DNA of 32,000 bases from Synechococcus elongatus PCC 6301 (GTDB lineage: Bacteria; Cyanobacteriota; Cyanobacteriia; Synechococcales; Synechococcaceae), in the NCBI RefSeq assembly GCF_000010065.1, contig NC_006576.1, positions 2,430,001 through 2,462,000 on the forward strand, read 5' to 3'. Below, piece after piece: positions 8,311 to 16,595 of this stretch (within the stretch, counting starts at the first letter, position 1; each line of letters begins with the position of its first letter). The position numbers were made by a program, and so were the translations under genes. Under the pieces are notes generated by a model, which searched no databases, was not told the DNA's origin, and was given only the letters and a program-made list of their open reading frames with translations.

Positions 8311-10026
8311 CTAGTAGTGGTTGCCGACTTTGCGGTGGTGAACGGCGGTGCGAACATCGGCCCGCGAGACACGGCCTTGTTCAACTTGGCAGTACACCAG
8401 CCAGTGATCGCTGCGATCCATGCGGCTGGCCACTTCGCACTCCAGATAGGCCAAGGCTGCTGTCAGAATGGGGCTTCCGTTGCTGGCGGTTTGGGTTTCG
8501 ACACCGGCAAAGCGATCGGCCCCAGGTGGGAAACGCTTGAGGAAATGCTTCATCAGCGGTGCATAGTTGTCTTCACCTAGGATGTTGAGGACAAATCGAT
8601 CGCCCACCTGCATCAGCGACTCGATTGCCCGATCCTTGGCGACCGCGACGGTAAAGCCCAGTGGCTTAAAGCTGGCTTGCACCACCCACGAGGCCAGCAT
8701 GGCACCGCTGACTTCGCCCTTACGCGCTGTGATGATGTAGAGCCCACCACTCAGCCGTCCCAGCGCTTTATCGAGGTCGCTGTTCAGCGACTTCATCGTC
8801 TGGATAGCGTCAGCGCGAGTCAACCATTGGCCTAAGTCTGTGCCCGATTCTTCGCACTGCTGGTAGATCGCCTCCGTCGGCTGATCCTTGACGCGTATGG
8901 GTGGGAAAGCCGTATGCAGACCTAGATTACGGAACTGGGCCAGCAGAGCATCGATCGGCTCGTCATCGCCACCGTAGGAATCGAACAGGCCGATCGCTTG
9001 CTTATTGTGGGCAGCGGCAAAAATCGTGCTTAGGGCTGTTGCGACTGCCTCGGAAGGTTGACTGGGCGGCGTACCCAACACAATCCCCCGCGCACTGCTG
9101 ACGGCTTCAATCAACTCCTGCGGATCGACGGCTCGCAGATCGACCATTTCCACCGCGACGCCTGTTTTGACCAAGCCGCGACCGATCGCTTGCGAAAGGC
9201 GATCGCTGTAGCCATAGTCCGACAGGTAGCCAATCAAAACGCTGGTTTCAGCAGTCGCTTTTTGCTCGCTCCAATGCTGATAGCGATCGACCCACTCTTG
9301 CAGGTTACGGCGCAGCAAGGGCCCATGACCCGTGGCGATCGTGGTGATTTCGCCGAGGGCTTTCATCCGTTTCAATGCCGCCAACACCGATCGCGCATTG
9401 GGAGCCATCAGGCATTCATAGTAGTACTGAAAATCGCCTTCGATCTGCTGCAGATCTTCATCGAAGGTGCGCTCGTCGCAGAAGTGCATGCCAAAGGCAT
9501 CGCAGGTGAAGAGGATTTGGCTAGCGGGATCGTAAGTGAAGATTGTGTCCGGCCAGTGCAGGTTTGGCGCGCTGACGAACTCGAGCTCGTGACCCTGGCC
9601 AAGGTCGAGTCGATCGCCGTTTTTGACTTGCAGCTTTTGGAAGGGGCGATGGACTTGGTTCTCGAGGAACTGCAGCGCCACTTTAGAACCGACGACCGTT
9701 ACATTCGGCGCGATCGCGAGAATATCGCCGACTAGACCGCTGTGATCCGGCTCCGTGTGACTGATGATCAGGTAATCCAGTGTGCTCAGGTCGGTCAGTT
9801 CCCGCAGCTGGTCAACATAGGTGGCCTGAAACTTGGCGTGGGAGGTGTCGACCAGTGCTTTGCGATCGGCTTCAATCAGAAAAGAGTTGTAGGTCGTGCC
9901 GTTCTGGAGCCCAAACTCGATATCAAAACGGCTGCGATCCCAGTCCAAAGAGCGAATCGTGGTGGTCTGAGGTCCAATGGCTTCAACGGCCAAGCTGAGG
10001 CGAGGCGCTGGGGTAGTGGCGACCAT
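8311..10026 (-). CDS. flv3: Flavodiiron protein, FlvB/Flv3-type, with canonical diiron ligands
   Basis: It has the same three-domain layout. The canonical 'SHTEPDHSG' (HxExDH), 'NLHWPD', 'TCDAFG' and 'TGHGP' ligand positions are present. The C-terminal flavin-reductase domain reads 'NILGEDNY...HWLVYCQVE'. Confidence 0.9.
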   Translation of the reverse strand: MVATTPAPRLSLAVEAIGPQTTTIRSLDWDRSRFDIEFGLQNGTTYNSFLIEADRKALVDTSHAKFQATYVDQLRELTDLSTLDYLIISHTEPDHSGLVGDILAIAPNVTVVGSKVALQFLENQVHRPFQKLQVKNGDRLDLGQGHELEFVSAPNLHWPDTIFTYDPASQILFTCDAFGMHFCDERTFDEDLQQIEGDFQYYYECLMAPNARSVLAALKRMKALGEITTIATGHGPLLRRNLQEWVDRYQHWSEQKATAETSVLIGYLSDYGYSDRLSQAIGRGLVKTGVAVEMVDLRAVDPQELIEAVSSARGIVLGTPPSQPSEAVATALSTIFAAAHNKQAIGLFDSYGGDDEPIDALLAQFRNLGLHTAFPPIRVKDQPTEAIYQQCEESGTDLGQWLTRADAIQTMKSLNSDLDKALGRLSGGLYIITARKGEVSGAMLASWVVQASFKPLGFTVAVAKDRAIESLMQVGDRFVLNILGEDNYAPLMKHFLKRFPPGADRFAGVETQTASNGSPILTAALAYLECEVASRMDRSDHWLVYCQVEQGRVSRADVRTAVHHRKVGNHY

Positions 10027-10091
10027 GAATCCCTCCGAGGCTGTAAATTCGCTGTTTTGTTATTGTGACGCGATCGCCCGCGTCTGGGTGA

Positions 10092-10835
10092 ATGAGCCGG
10101 TTAGTCCTTGCCATTGGAAATTCGCGCTGGCATTGGGGGATCTTCTCTAGGGATCAAGCGCCTCAATTTTGGGATGCGATCGCTCCGCATCAGCCCTTCA
10201 GTCGGTCGGACCTCGCCACCTTCCTGCAAGCCCAAGATCCAGCAATCGTTGCGGATACGCCGATCGCGATCGCCAGTGTCGTCCCGCAGCAGCTGGCTTT
10301 ACTCCCAGAAGACTGGCCTCAACGCCGGCTACAGCTTAGGGATGTGCCGTTGACAAATTGCTATCCGCAACTGGGCTTAGATCGGGCGATCGCGCTCTAC
10401 GAGGCGGGCTGCCAAGCCGGTTGGCCCGTGTTGATGATTGACTGCGGCACTGCGATCACGATTAATGCCGGCGATGCAGAGGGACAGTTTGCCGGTGGGG
10501 CAATTTTGCCCGGAGTAACTTTGCAACTGCGATCGCTCGCCCAAGGAACGGCTGCTCTCCCGAGTGTCGAAATATCGGCTGAAGGCGATCGCTGGGGGAT
10601 GGATAATCAGTCAGCGATCGCTAGCGGCGTGATCTACGGAATCGCAGGAGCACTCAGAGGGTTTATTGAAGATTGGCGATCGCATCATCCACAACGGCCG
10701 ATCTATTTCACTGGCGGCGATGGTGAATTACTGGCAAAACTATTGACTGATTTACCGGATATTCGGGTTGAGCCGCATCTCTTGTTACACGGGATCGATC
10801 GCTTAGCTCAGGCAATGATGACAGACCCAGATTGA
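10092..10835 (+). CDS. coaX: Type III pantothenate kinase (CoaX)
   Basis: ASKHA-fold motifs are present: 'LAIGNSRWHWG', 'MIDCGTAITIN', 'GGAILPG', 'TGGDG'. Confidence 0.9.
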   Translation: MSRLVLAIGNSRWHWGIFSRDQAPQFWDAIAPHQPFSRSDLATFLQAQDPAIVADTPIAIASVVPQQLALLPEDWPQRRLQLRDVPLTNCYPQLGLDRAIALYEAGCQAGWPVLMIDCGTAITINAGDAEGQFAGGAILPGVTLQLRSLAQGTAALPSVEISAEGDRWGMDNQSAIASGVIYGIAGALRGFIEDWRSHHPQRPIYFTGGDGELLAKLLTDLPDIRVEPHLLLHGIDRLAQAMMTDPD

Positions 10836-11254
10836 TAGTCCTGAAGTTGTCGAGCATGGTCATGACTGTAAGGCCCAGCCGGGAGGCGATCGGGCGGAAA
10901 GCTAGCGATCGCTTGCACCTCATGGCGATCGCCCACTTGTAAATTCCCGGTAACCGTCACCGCCAAGGCAATACAGACGGCGTGAAGGCGAGGATCGCGA
11001 TCGGGCGCACTATAAACCCCAACCAGACGATCGACGTTGACTAAAACTAGACCCGTTTCTTCCCGCAATTCCCGAGCCGCTGCTTGCTCTAATGTCTCGC
11101 CGCGATCGATCAGACCACCGGGCAGACTCCAGCCCCCATCATCAGCTCGCTGAATCAAGACCAGTTCGCCATTTGGCAAAGTCGCGATCAATGACACCGA
11201 AATGAGCGGACGCTTAAGGAGCGATCGCAGCCCAGCCCAAAGCCAAGACAACAT
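10808..11254 (-). CDS. NUDIX hydrolase
   Basis: The Nudix box is 'GGLIDRGETLEQAAARELREETGL' (GX5EX7REUXEEXGU). Its 3' end overlaps the coaX 3' end by 28 bp. Confidence 0.85.
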   Translation of the reverse strand: MLSWLWAGLRSLLKRPLISVSLIATLPNGELVLIQRADDGGWSLPGGLIDRGETLEQAAARELREETGLVLVNVDRLVGVYSAPDRDPRLHAVCIALAVTVTGNLQVGDRHEVQAIASFPPDRLPAGPYSHDHARQLQDYQSGSVIIA

Positions 11255-11309
11255 TGAGTTAGCTCCTCAGAGTTGGAATGGGGAGATCAGCGATCGCTCG
11301 CATTCAATC

Positions 11310-11783
11310 TCACTCGGCAACGGCGACACCCAAATCAGTCAAGATTTGCCGCGCGTGGGTTTCGGGTTTGACCTTGGTGTAAATCTGCTCGATCTTGCCC
11401 TCGACATCGATTACATACGTGTGGCGCATCATGCCCATGTACTCCCGCCCCATGAATTTCTTGAGGCCGTAGCTGTCGTAGGCGCTGGCGACAGCGGCAT
11501 CCGCATCAGTAAGCAATGTAAAAGGCAGCTCGTACTTCGCAATAAACTTCTGGTGTTTGCTGGCAGGATCTTTGCTGACCCCCAGAACAACAATCCCGGC
11601 TTGCTCAAACAAGCTGAAATCGTCCCGAAAGCCACAGGCTTCCTTGGTGCAGCCCGGCGTGTCGTCCTTCGGGTAGAAGTAGATCACCACTCGCTGACCT
11701 CGCAGGTCAGTCAGGCTGACGGGATTACCTTGTTGATCTGGCAGCGTAAAATCTGGCGCGCGATCGCCCACTTGTAACGGCAT
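11310..11783 (-). CDS. bcp: Peroxiredoxin, BCP/PrxQ subfamily
   Basis: 'YFYPKDDTPGCTKEAC' contains the peroxidatic Cys in the PxxxTxxC context and the resolving Cys 5 residues later, which is typical of BCP/PrxQ. Confidence 0.9.
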   Translation of the reverse strand: MPLQVGDRAPDFTLPDQQGNPVSLTDLRGQRVVIYFYPKDDTPGCTKEACGFRDDFSLFEQAGIVVLGVSKDPASKHQKFIAKYELPFTLLTDADAAVASAYDSYGLKKFMGREYMGMMRHTYVIDVEGKIEQIYTKVKPETHARQILTDLGVAVAE

Positions 11784-11797
11784 CGATCTACAGCAGA

Positions 11798-12577
11798 ATG
11801 CAACGCCCCAACCCTAGCGATGCGGTTCCAGTGCCGTCAATTCCTAGTTGCGATCGTGGCCCAATCCCCAACCCTGTGACTTGGCGTACGAGTCCCGAAC
11901 CACTCTTTTTATCAGCACAGACGGTGCATCTCTGGCGTTGCTCCCTGACGCGATCACTCAGCTCTGCTGAACAGGCGATCGTGGCAGCCGATTGCGATCG
12001 TGCCCAAGCCTACGGCTCTAACCGTCGTCACCAGTTCCTGTGTGGACGCTGGTGGTTGCGGCAGCTTCTCAGCCTCTATCTCCCAGAAGAACCAGCAGAC
12101 TTTCGTTTCCAGCTCAGTCCAACGGGCAAGCCAGAATTGCCACAATCCAATCTCTGCTTCAACCTCAGTCACAGTGGCTCAACGCTGTTGATTGCGATCG
12201 CTTGGCAACCTGTGGGCGTGGATGTGGAACAACCGCGATCGCGATCTTGGTTAGCCTTGGCGCGTCGCTACTTCCCATCTGCCGAACTGGCAGCAATGCA
12301 ACAGTCGACTGACTGCGATCGCTGGGGACTGGCCAGTTGGGTCTGTAAAGAAGCCTGGATCAAAGCCCAGGGACGAACTTTGGCCAATTCTCTCCGTCAT
12401 TTGCAGTGTGCCTGGACTGCCAATGGGCAACCCCGGTTGTCTGGGCTAGGGAGCGAAGAAAGTCAGGTGCAGCTGCTGCAAGTCGATCCGCAGGAACAGC
12501 TGTGGGCGGCGATCGCGATGCCTGCTGGGTGGAACTACCAAACTTGGACAGCCGCCATAATCCGGAAAAATCATTAA
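11798..12577 (+). CDS. Sfp/HetI-type 4'-phosphopantetheinyl transferase
   Basis: 'FNLSHSGSTLLIAIA...VGVDVE' and 'KEAWIKAQG' match the PPTase signature motifs. An alternative GTG start at 11876 is possible. Confidence 0.8.
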   Translation: MQRPNPSDAVPVPSIPSCDRGPIPNPVTWRTSPEPLFLSAQTVHLWRCSLTRSLSSAEQAIVAADCDRAQAYGSNRRHQFLCGRWWLRQLLSLYLPEEPADFRFQLSPTGKPELPQSNLCFNLSHSGSTLLIAIAWQPVGVDVEQPRSRSWLALARRYFPSAELAAMQQSTDCDRWGLASWVCKEAWIKAQGRTLANSLRHLQCAWTANGQPRLSGLGSEESQVQLLQVDPQEQLWAAIAMPAGWNYQTWTAAIIRKNH

Positions 12578-12644
12578 GAGATTTAGCAATTTTTTCTTTT
12601 TCAGAGACTAAGTTTTTAGTTTGAAAAGATCTTCAGACTGAGGC

Positions 12645-13208
12645 GTGGCTCGGTTGCTTCTTCTACGTAAGCTCTTGACGGTCTTAGTCGTCCTGCTGGG
12701 GACAGGCTTGGCTGCCTATTGGGCGGTCGTCACCTATCGCAGCCAACAGGGGCTAGGGACTCGAGCCGCTACGCCCCTGCCGGAGTTTTTGGATCAGTTG
12801 CCAGACAACTTGCGGTTTCGGGAGCTGGATTCCCGCATTGGCAAAACCCGTTCCGTCAGCTTGGCACTGTCTGAAGTCAACTCCGCCCAAATGGTCAACT
12901 ACATCTGGGGGGGATTCCAGCCCTCCTTTGCAGCTTTGGGTGTGACGCCAACAGTAGTTGGTTATAAGTTTGAACTGGAGGTAACACCCCAGCAATCCAT
13001 TACGCGGGCGCTGCCAACGCAAGACTTTTCTCCCAGCTTCATTGGGGCTGTTGTGCCAGATGGCGATCGCGTTTTTGAACTTCGCTGTCAAAGTATCGAG
13101 CCGCGCCGAGTCAGTCTTGCCCCACCTGTCCTTGAGAGCAATCAGTTGGTCTGTGGACCAGACTCTGTCCCGTTAGCGACTGCCTCTACACAGCCGACAG
13201 CTCGTTAA
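12645..13208 (+). CDS. Hypothetical membrane-anchored protein (GTG start, single N-terminal TM helix)
   Basis: The N-terminus 'LLLLRKLLTVLVVLLGTGLAAYWAVV' is hydrophobic. No recognisable catalytic motif was found. Coding is inferred from ORF length and the absence of a better competing frame. Confidence 0.5.
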   Translation: MARLLLLRKLLTVLVVLLGTGLAAYWAVVTYRSQQGLGTRAATPLPEFLDQLPDNLRFRELDSRIGKTRSVSLALSEVNSAQMVNYIWGGFQPSFAALGVTPTVVGYKFELEVTPQQSITRALPTQDFSPSFIGAVVPDGDRVFELRCQSIEPRRVSLAPPVLESNQLVCGPDSVPLATASTQPTAR

Positions 13209-13268
13209 ACTAAAGTGGTAATGAGTCCAAGGTGTCTCATGAGTTGTCCCCTTCGTCGCTAAACCGAT

Positions 13269-13700
13269 ATGTCCGAGACTGCGGCTCAAACCCCGATTCG
13301 CTCCCTTGAGGACGCTCTGAATCGTTGCCAAGACAAAGGCATGCGAGTCAGTCGTCAGCGCCGCTACATCTTGGAATTACTTTGGGACGTTCAAGAGCAT
13401 TTGTCGGCACGAGAAATCTACGATCGCCTCAGTCGGGCAGGCCGTGATATTGGTCATACTTCCGTCTACCAGAATTTAGAAGCCCTTGCCGCCAACGGCA
13501 TTGTTGAATGTCTCGATCGCTCTGAGGGGAGATTGTACGGCAATATCAGCGACTCGCACAGCCACATCAACTGTCTCGATTCCAACCAGATTATTGATGT
13601 TCAAGTGCAGCTCCCGGCTGAGTTGCTCGAACGCTTAGAAGCTGAAACTGGCGTTCGCATTGTGGACTATCGCATTGATTTCTACGGTTATCAGCGATAG
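13269..13700 (+). CDS. Fur-family transcriptional regulator, atypical (no CxxC pairs)
   Basis: The winged-helix region 'RVSRQRRYILELLW...LSAREIYDRL...IGHTSVYQNLEALAANGIV' is typical Fur family. The dimerisation/metal region has 'SHSHINCLDS' and ends 'IDFYGYQR' without cysteine pairs. Confidence 0.8.
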   Translation: MSETAAQTPIRSLEDALNRCQDKGMRVSRQRRYILELLWDVQEHLSAREIYDRLSRAGRDIGHTSVYQNLEALAANGIVECLDRSEGRLYGNISDSHSHINCLDSNQIIDVQVQLPAELLERLEAETGVRIVDYRIDFYGYQR

Positions 13701-13905
13701 AGAAGTGCCTCTATTCCTGAGTGATAGCGATCGCGCCAACTGGGACACTAAAGCCCTCCCCGTGCGGGTGGCTGGGCCAGTCAAGACTGGCGATCGTGGA
13801 TCGATCTTGAACTGAAATCCGTGTTGTTTGGACACTGTTCGCTAGACCAGGCTGGTAGGCTGTTGTCGGTCGGAGTCATTGCTCCACGCAGCGGTCTCGC
13901 GGTTC

Positions 13906-15528
13906 ATGGCCTTGCCGTTATCAGTCAAAGTTGTTGGCGATTTGCCATTAATCCAGCTAGGTCTGGAAGCGGGTATGGCCGATCGCCCAGGTCTACAACT
14001 GACTCCGCCAGATGGCACAGTTGCTCCTGACGTAGTTTTGTGGGTTGCTGCCCAGCCCCTCGATGCGCAAACTGCATTGCGCTGGCGATCGCAGTATCCC
14101 GAGACGCCGATTCTGGCGATCATTGCCCTGCCGCAGCGATCGCAGCTTTCCATGCTGCAAACCCTAGGGATTGAGGGTGCTTGGGCGATCAGCAGCGATT
14201 TTGATGATCTGGAGGCGACCGTTCAGCAGGTTGCGGCAGGCCAAGCCCGTTGGCCGTTGCCCCAGGATCTGCGCACCCCGATCGCGCCGCCCTTAGGCTT
14301 TTTTCAATGGCTGCATCAATCCAGCTTGGTGCAAATTGACACACAGCTATTGGCGATCGAAGGACAACTGCGCCATCCCCACTGGAACTGGCTCGATCGC
14401 ACTTTTATGACGGGTCGTCGTCGTGAGCTGAAAGCGGCCCGCGCCCTGATGGATTGGCTCTGGAATGGCGGTCAGCCGACTCCCCTATTGGCTTTGGCTC
14501 AGCCCCCTGCTCCTGCTGCTGAATCGCTGGTTCTATCGCCGACCGCGCGTCGCATTCGTGATCGTCAACATCTCAAGGTTCTGCTTTGGGATCAGCTGAC
14601 AGAACGCCTGCAACAACCCCTCAGCAACCTAACAGGTCGCCCCCTAGAGCTAGATATTTTGCGCAGCGATCGTCAGCGCGAACTCTTGGCGATCATTCTG
14701 CGACGCCTCAATGATCTGATTGCCGATCTGCAGTTTTCACAACTGTCGACGGAGCAAATCGTCGAGAAGCTGCCGCAATTGCGCCAAGACCTCTGGCAGC
14801 AGAGCCTCAGTGATTTTTATGGCCGCTACCGCGATCTCCAGCTTGATAGCGCCACCATTGAATTGTCTAGCCGTCTCAGCGATGAGTGGACGCGCTTAGC
14901 ACCGAGTTTAGTTGCCCGCCTGCACGGCGATCGCCAAGTGCTGTTGACTTTGGTGCATGGATTACCGGTGATGATTGACGGTACAGCCTATGCCCTCGAA
15001 GCCCCAGAAGCCCAAGCTCGCCTACAGTTGCTGTTAGAGAACCTGTTGCTGCGGCTGGCCAACGCGATCGTGCAGCCGCTCCTCAATTGCTTCGCGGAAG
15101 TGACAGCCATCAAGCAGGAATTCTACGACGCTCAGCATTTATCGAATCGTGAGCTAACTCGCTTTCGTAACCAACTCAACTGGGCTGATCGCTGGGAGCA
15201 GCTATTAGAAAATCCGCGCTCAATCTATGAAAGTCAGTGGCCTTTGCTGCACTTTGTTGCTGATGGTATCGATCGCTGCCAGGTTTATGCTCCGCGCGAT
15301 CAAGAGCTTCAGCAGCTCTCCGGCGTCCAGCAGACAATCACCCTGGTCATGGAGGCGCGGGATGCGATTGCTCCCCAAGTCAGCGGTCTTATTCGGTGGT
15401 TGGGCAGCGGTGTGGTGTTTGTTCTGACCCAGCTCTTGGGTCGTGGCATTGGTCTTGTGGGGCGGGGAGTGCTGCAAGGGATTGGCAATGCTTGGCAACC
15501 CGATCGCCGCTTGAAGAGCGATCGCTGA
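13906..15528 (+). CDS. Conserved cyanobacterial-type hypothetical protein, receiver-like N-terminus + long helical region (DUF3685/Ycf55-like by recollection)
   Basis: The N-terminal ~120 aa have an alternating beta/alpha pattern ('VKVVGD', 'DVVLWVAAQP', 'ILAIIALP', 'GAWAISSD'). The remainder is Leu/Gln/Arg-rich and helical, with a hydrophobic C-terminal segment ('WLGSGVVFVLTQLLGRGIGLV'). The family name is from memory and is unverified. The track ORF begins at a TTG at 13879. Confidence 0.6.
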   Translation: MALPLSVKVVGDLPLIQLGLEAGMADRPGLQLTPPDGTVAPDVVLWVAAQPLDAQTALRWRSQYPETPILAIIALPQRSQLSMLQTLGIEGAWAISSDFDDLEATVQQVAAGQARWPLPQDLRTPIAPPLGFFQWLHQSSLVQIDTQLLAIEGQLRHPHWNWLDRTFMTGRRRELKAARALMDWLWNGGQPTPLLALAQPPAPAAESLVLSPTARRIRDRQHLKVLLWDQLTERLQQPLSNLTGRPLELDILRSDRQRELLAIILRRLNDLIADLQFSQLSTEQIVEKLPQLRQDLWQQSLSDFYGRYRDLQLDSATIELSSRLSDEWTRLAPSLVARLHGDRQVLLTLVHGLPVMIDGTAYALEAPEAQARLQLLLENLLLRLANAIVQPLLNCFAEVTAIKQEFYDAQHLSNRELTRFRNQLNWADRWEQLLENPRSIYESQWPLLHFVADGIDRCQVYAPRDQELQQLSGVQQTITLVMEARDAIAPQVSGLIRWLGSGVVFVLTQLLGRGIGLVGRGVLQGIGNAWQPDRRLKSDR

Positions 15529-15642
15529 TATCCATTGCATTGTCCAGAGGGGGTGCGATCGTGATTCAACGGGTGCCAGCGTTCAGTCGCGCAGGGTTGC
15601 TCCGTCGCTTGTGAGCTTGAGTGTGAACCCATGAGTCGCTGC

Positions 15643-16359
15643 TCAAAGCACTGACAAAAGACAAGCAGCTACGGCTTGGGGCGCAGAGAGGTAGGGATTG
15701 TGACTGGTGTCCAAAGTCAGAAGGCGATCGCAACCTCCAGCTTCCGCCATGCGGCGCTGAGTAGTGGGACCAATCACTTTGTCCTGAGTGCAGAGGATGT
15801 AGACCTTGGGGACTCGCCCCATTCGCTCAGCCGTAACTTGCACTGGTGTGGTGAGAGGCGCCACCGCTTGGGGTGTAATCAACGATCGCACCAGGGCCAT
15901 ATCTTCGGCAGAACAGTCCGCATAACCTAACTCCTGTAAGGCTTCTGGCCGGCAAGTCGCCGAGAGTTGATCTTCGGAAAAGACAGTCGTGCCCGCCATC
16001 AGTGACTCGTTGTCCGTCTGGGAAATGCTCAGGGGACTCTCTCCATTTCGCAGTAGATAACCTGCCAGATAGACCAAGGTCTGAATTTTGTCAGGGTAAG
16101 CTTCTGCTGCTTGGCTGATCACCGCTCCGCCCAAGCTGTGCCCCACTAACACCACTGGCTCTGATTGGGCTTGTAGGATGTCGCAGACGGAGTCTGCATA
16201 GCGAGCAAGCGTCACCTCTGCTATGGGCTGAGGATTGCGACCATGCCCAGGTAGGTCTGGGCTGATCACGGTGTGTCCTTGCGACTCCAGTCGAGGAGCA
16301 ACTTTATGCCAGACCCAAGCCCCTGAACCTGCGCCGTGAATCAGAACAAAGGTAGCCAT
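15643..16359 (-). CDS. Alpha/beta-hydrolase, plant SABP2/methylesterase-like carboxylesterase
   Basis: 'FVLIHGAGSGAWVWHKVAPRLESQGHTVISPDLPGHG' resembles the MES/SABP2/hydroxynitrile-lyase clade. The nucleophile elbow is 'GHSLGG', and candidate Asp ('CTQDKV') and His ('DTSHNPYLS') complete a triad. Confidence 0.85.
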   Translation of the reverse strand: MATFVLIHGAGSGAWVWHKVAPRLESQGHTVISPDLPGHGRNPQPIAEVTLARYADSVCDILQAQSEPVVLVGHSLGGAVISQAAEAYPDKIQTLVYLAGYLLRNGESPLSISQTDNESLMAGTTVFSEDQLSATCRPEALQELGYADCSAEDMALVRSLITPQAVAPLTTPVQVTAERMGRVPKVYILCTQDKVIGPTTQRRMAEAGGCDRLLTLDTSHNPYLSAPQAVAACLLSVL

Positions 16360-16500
16360 TGTTGTTTTGCCTTGACCGCACAGGCCGACTATATCGGCGC
16401 TGAGGAAAGCTCTAGAAAAACTGAGGATTCATGACCAACCCTCATCGGCATAGCTGTTGTCAATTAAGACCAAAATTCTTGGGCGATCGCTGTTCACAAT

Positions 16501-16526
16501 AAAGCCGGCACGATCGCACCGGCTTT
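16501..16526 (-). terminator. Intrinsic-terminator-like hairpin downstream of the Spy-like gene
   Basis: The minus strand reads AAAGCCGGTGCGATCGTGCCGGCTTTATTGTG: an 8-bp stem (AAAGCCGG/CCGGCTTT) around a CGATCG core, followed by a T-rich tail. It lies about 70 nt after the stop at 16596. Confidence 0.5.
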
Positions 16527-16595
16527 CCACGCACAGACAACTGCATCTCCAAAAGTCAGGACTGAGTGAGGGTCAGCCTAGAATCTGGAGGAGGA

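Noticed and set aside
9058-9735. 225-aa ORF on the + strand inside flv3. Similar long antisense ORFs occur at 7715-8215, 6783-7274, 23378-23938, 26360-27157, 11202-11777, 25838-26347 and 29031-29615.
   Set aside because: They lie fully antisense to genes with strong motif-level identity. Their translations are Arg/Ala/Gly/Pro-rich and low-complexity. They are typical shadow ORFs of GC-rich coding DNA.
13221-13240. ATGAG-N10-CTCAT inverted repeat upstream of the Fur-like gene, considered as an autoregulatory Fur box.
   Set aside because: It has only 5-bp arms and does not resemble the 19-bp AT-rich Fur consensus. It could easily arise by chance.
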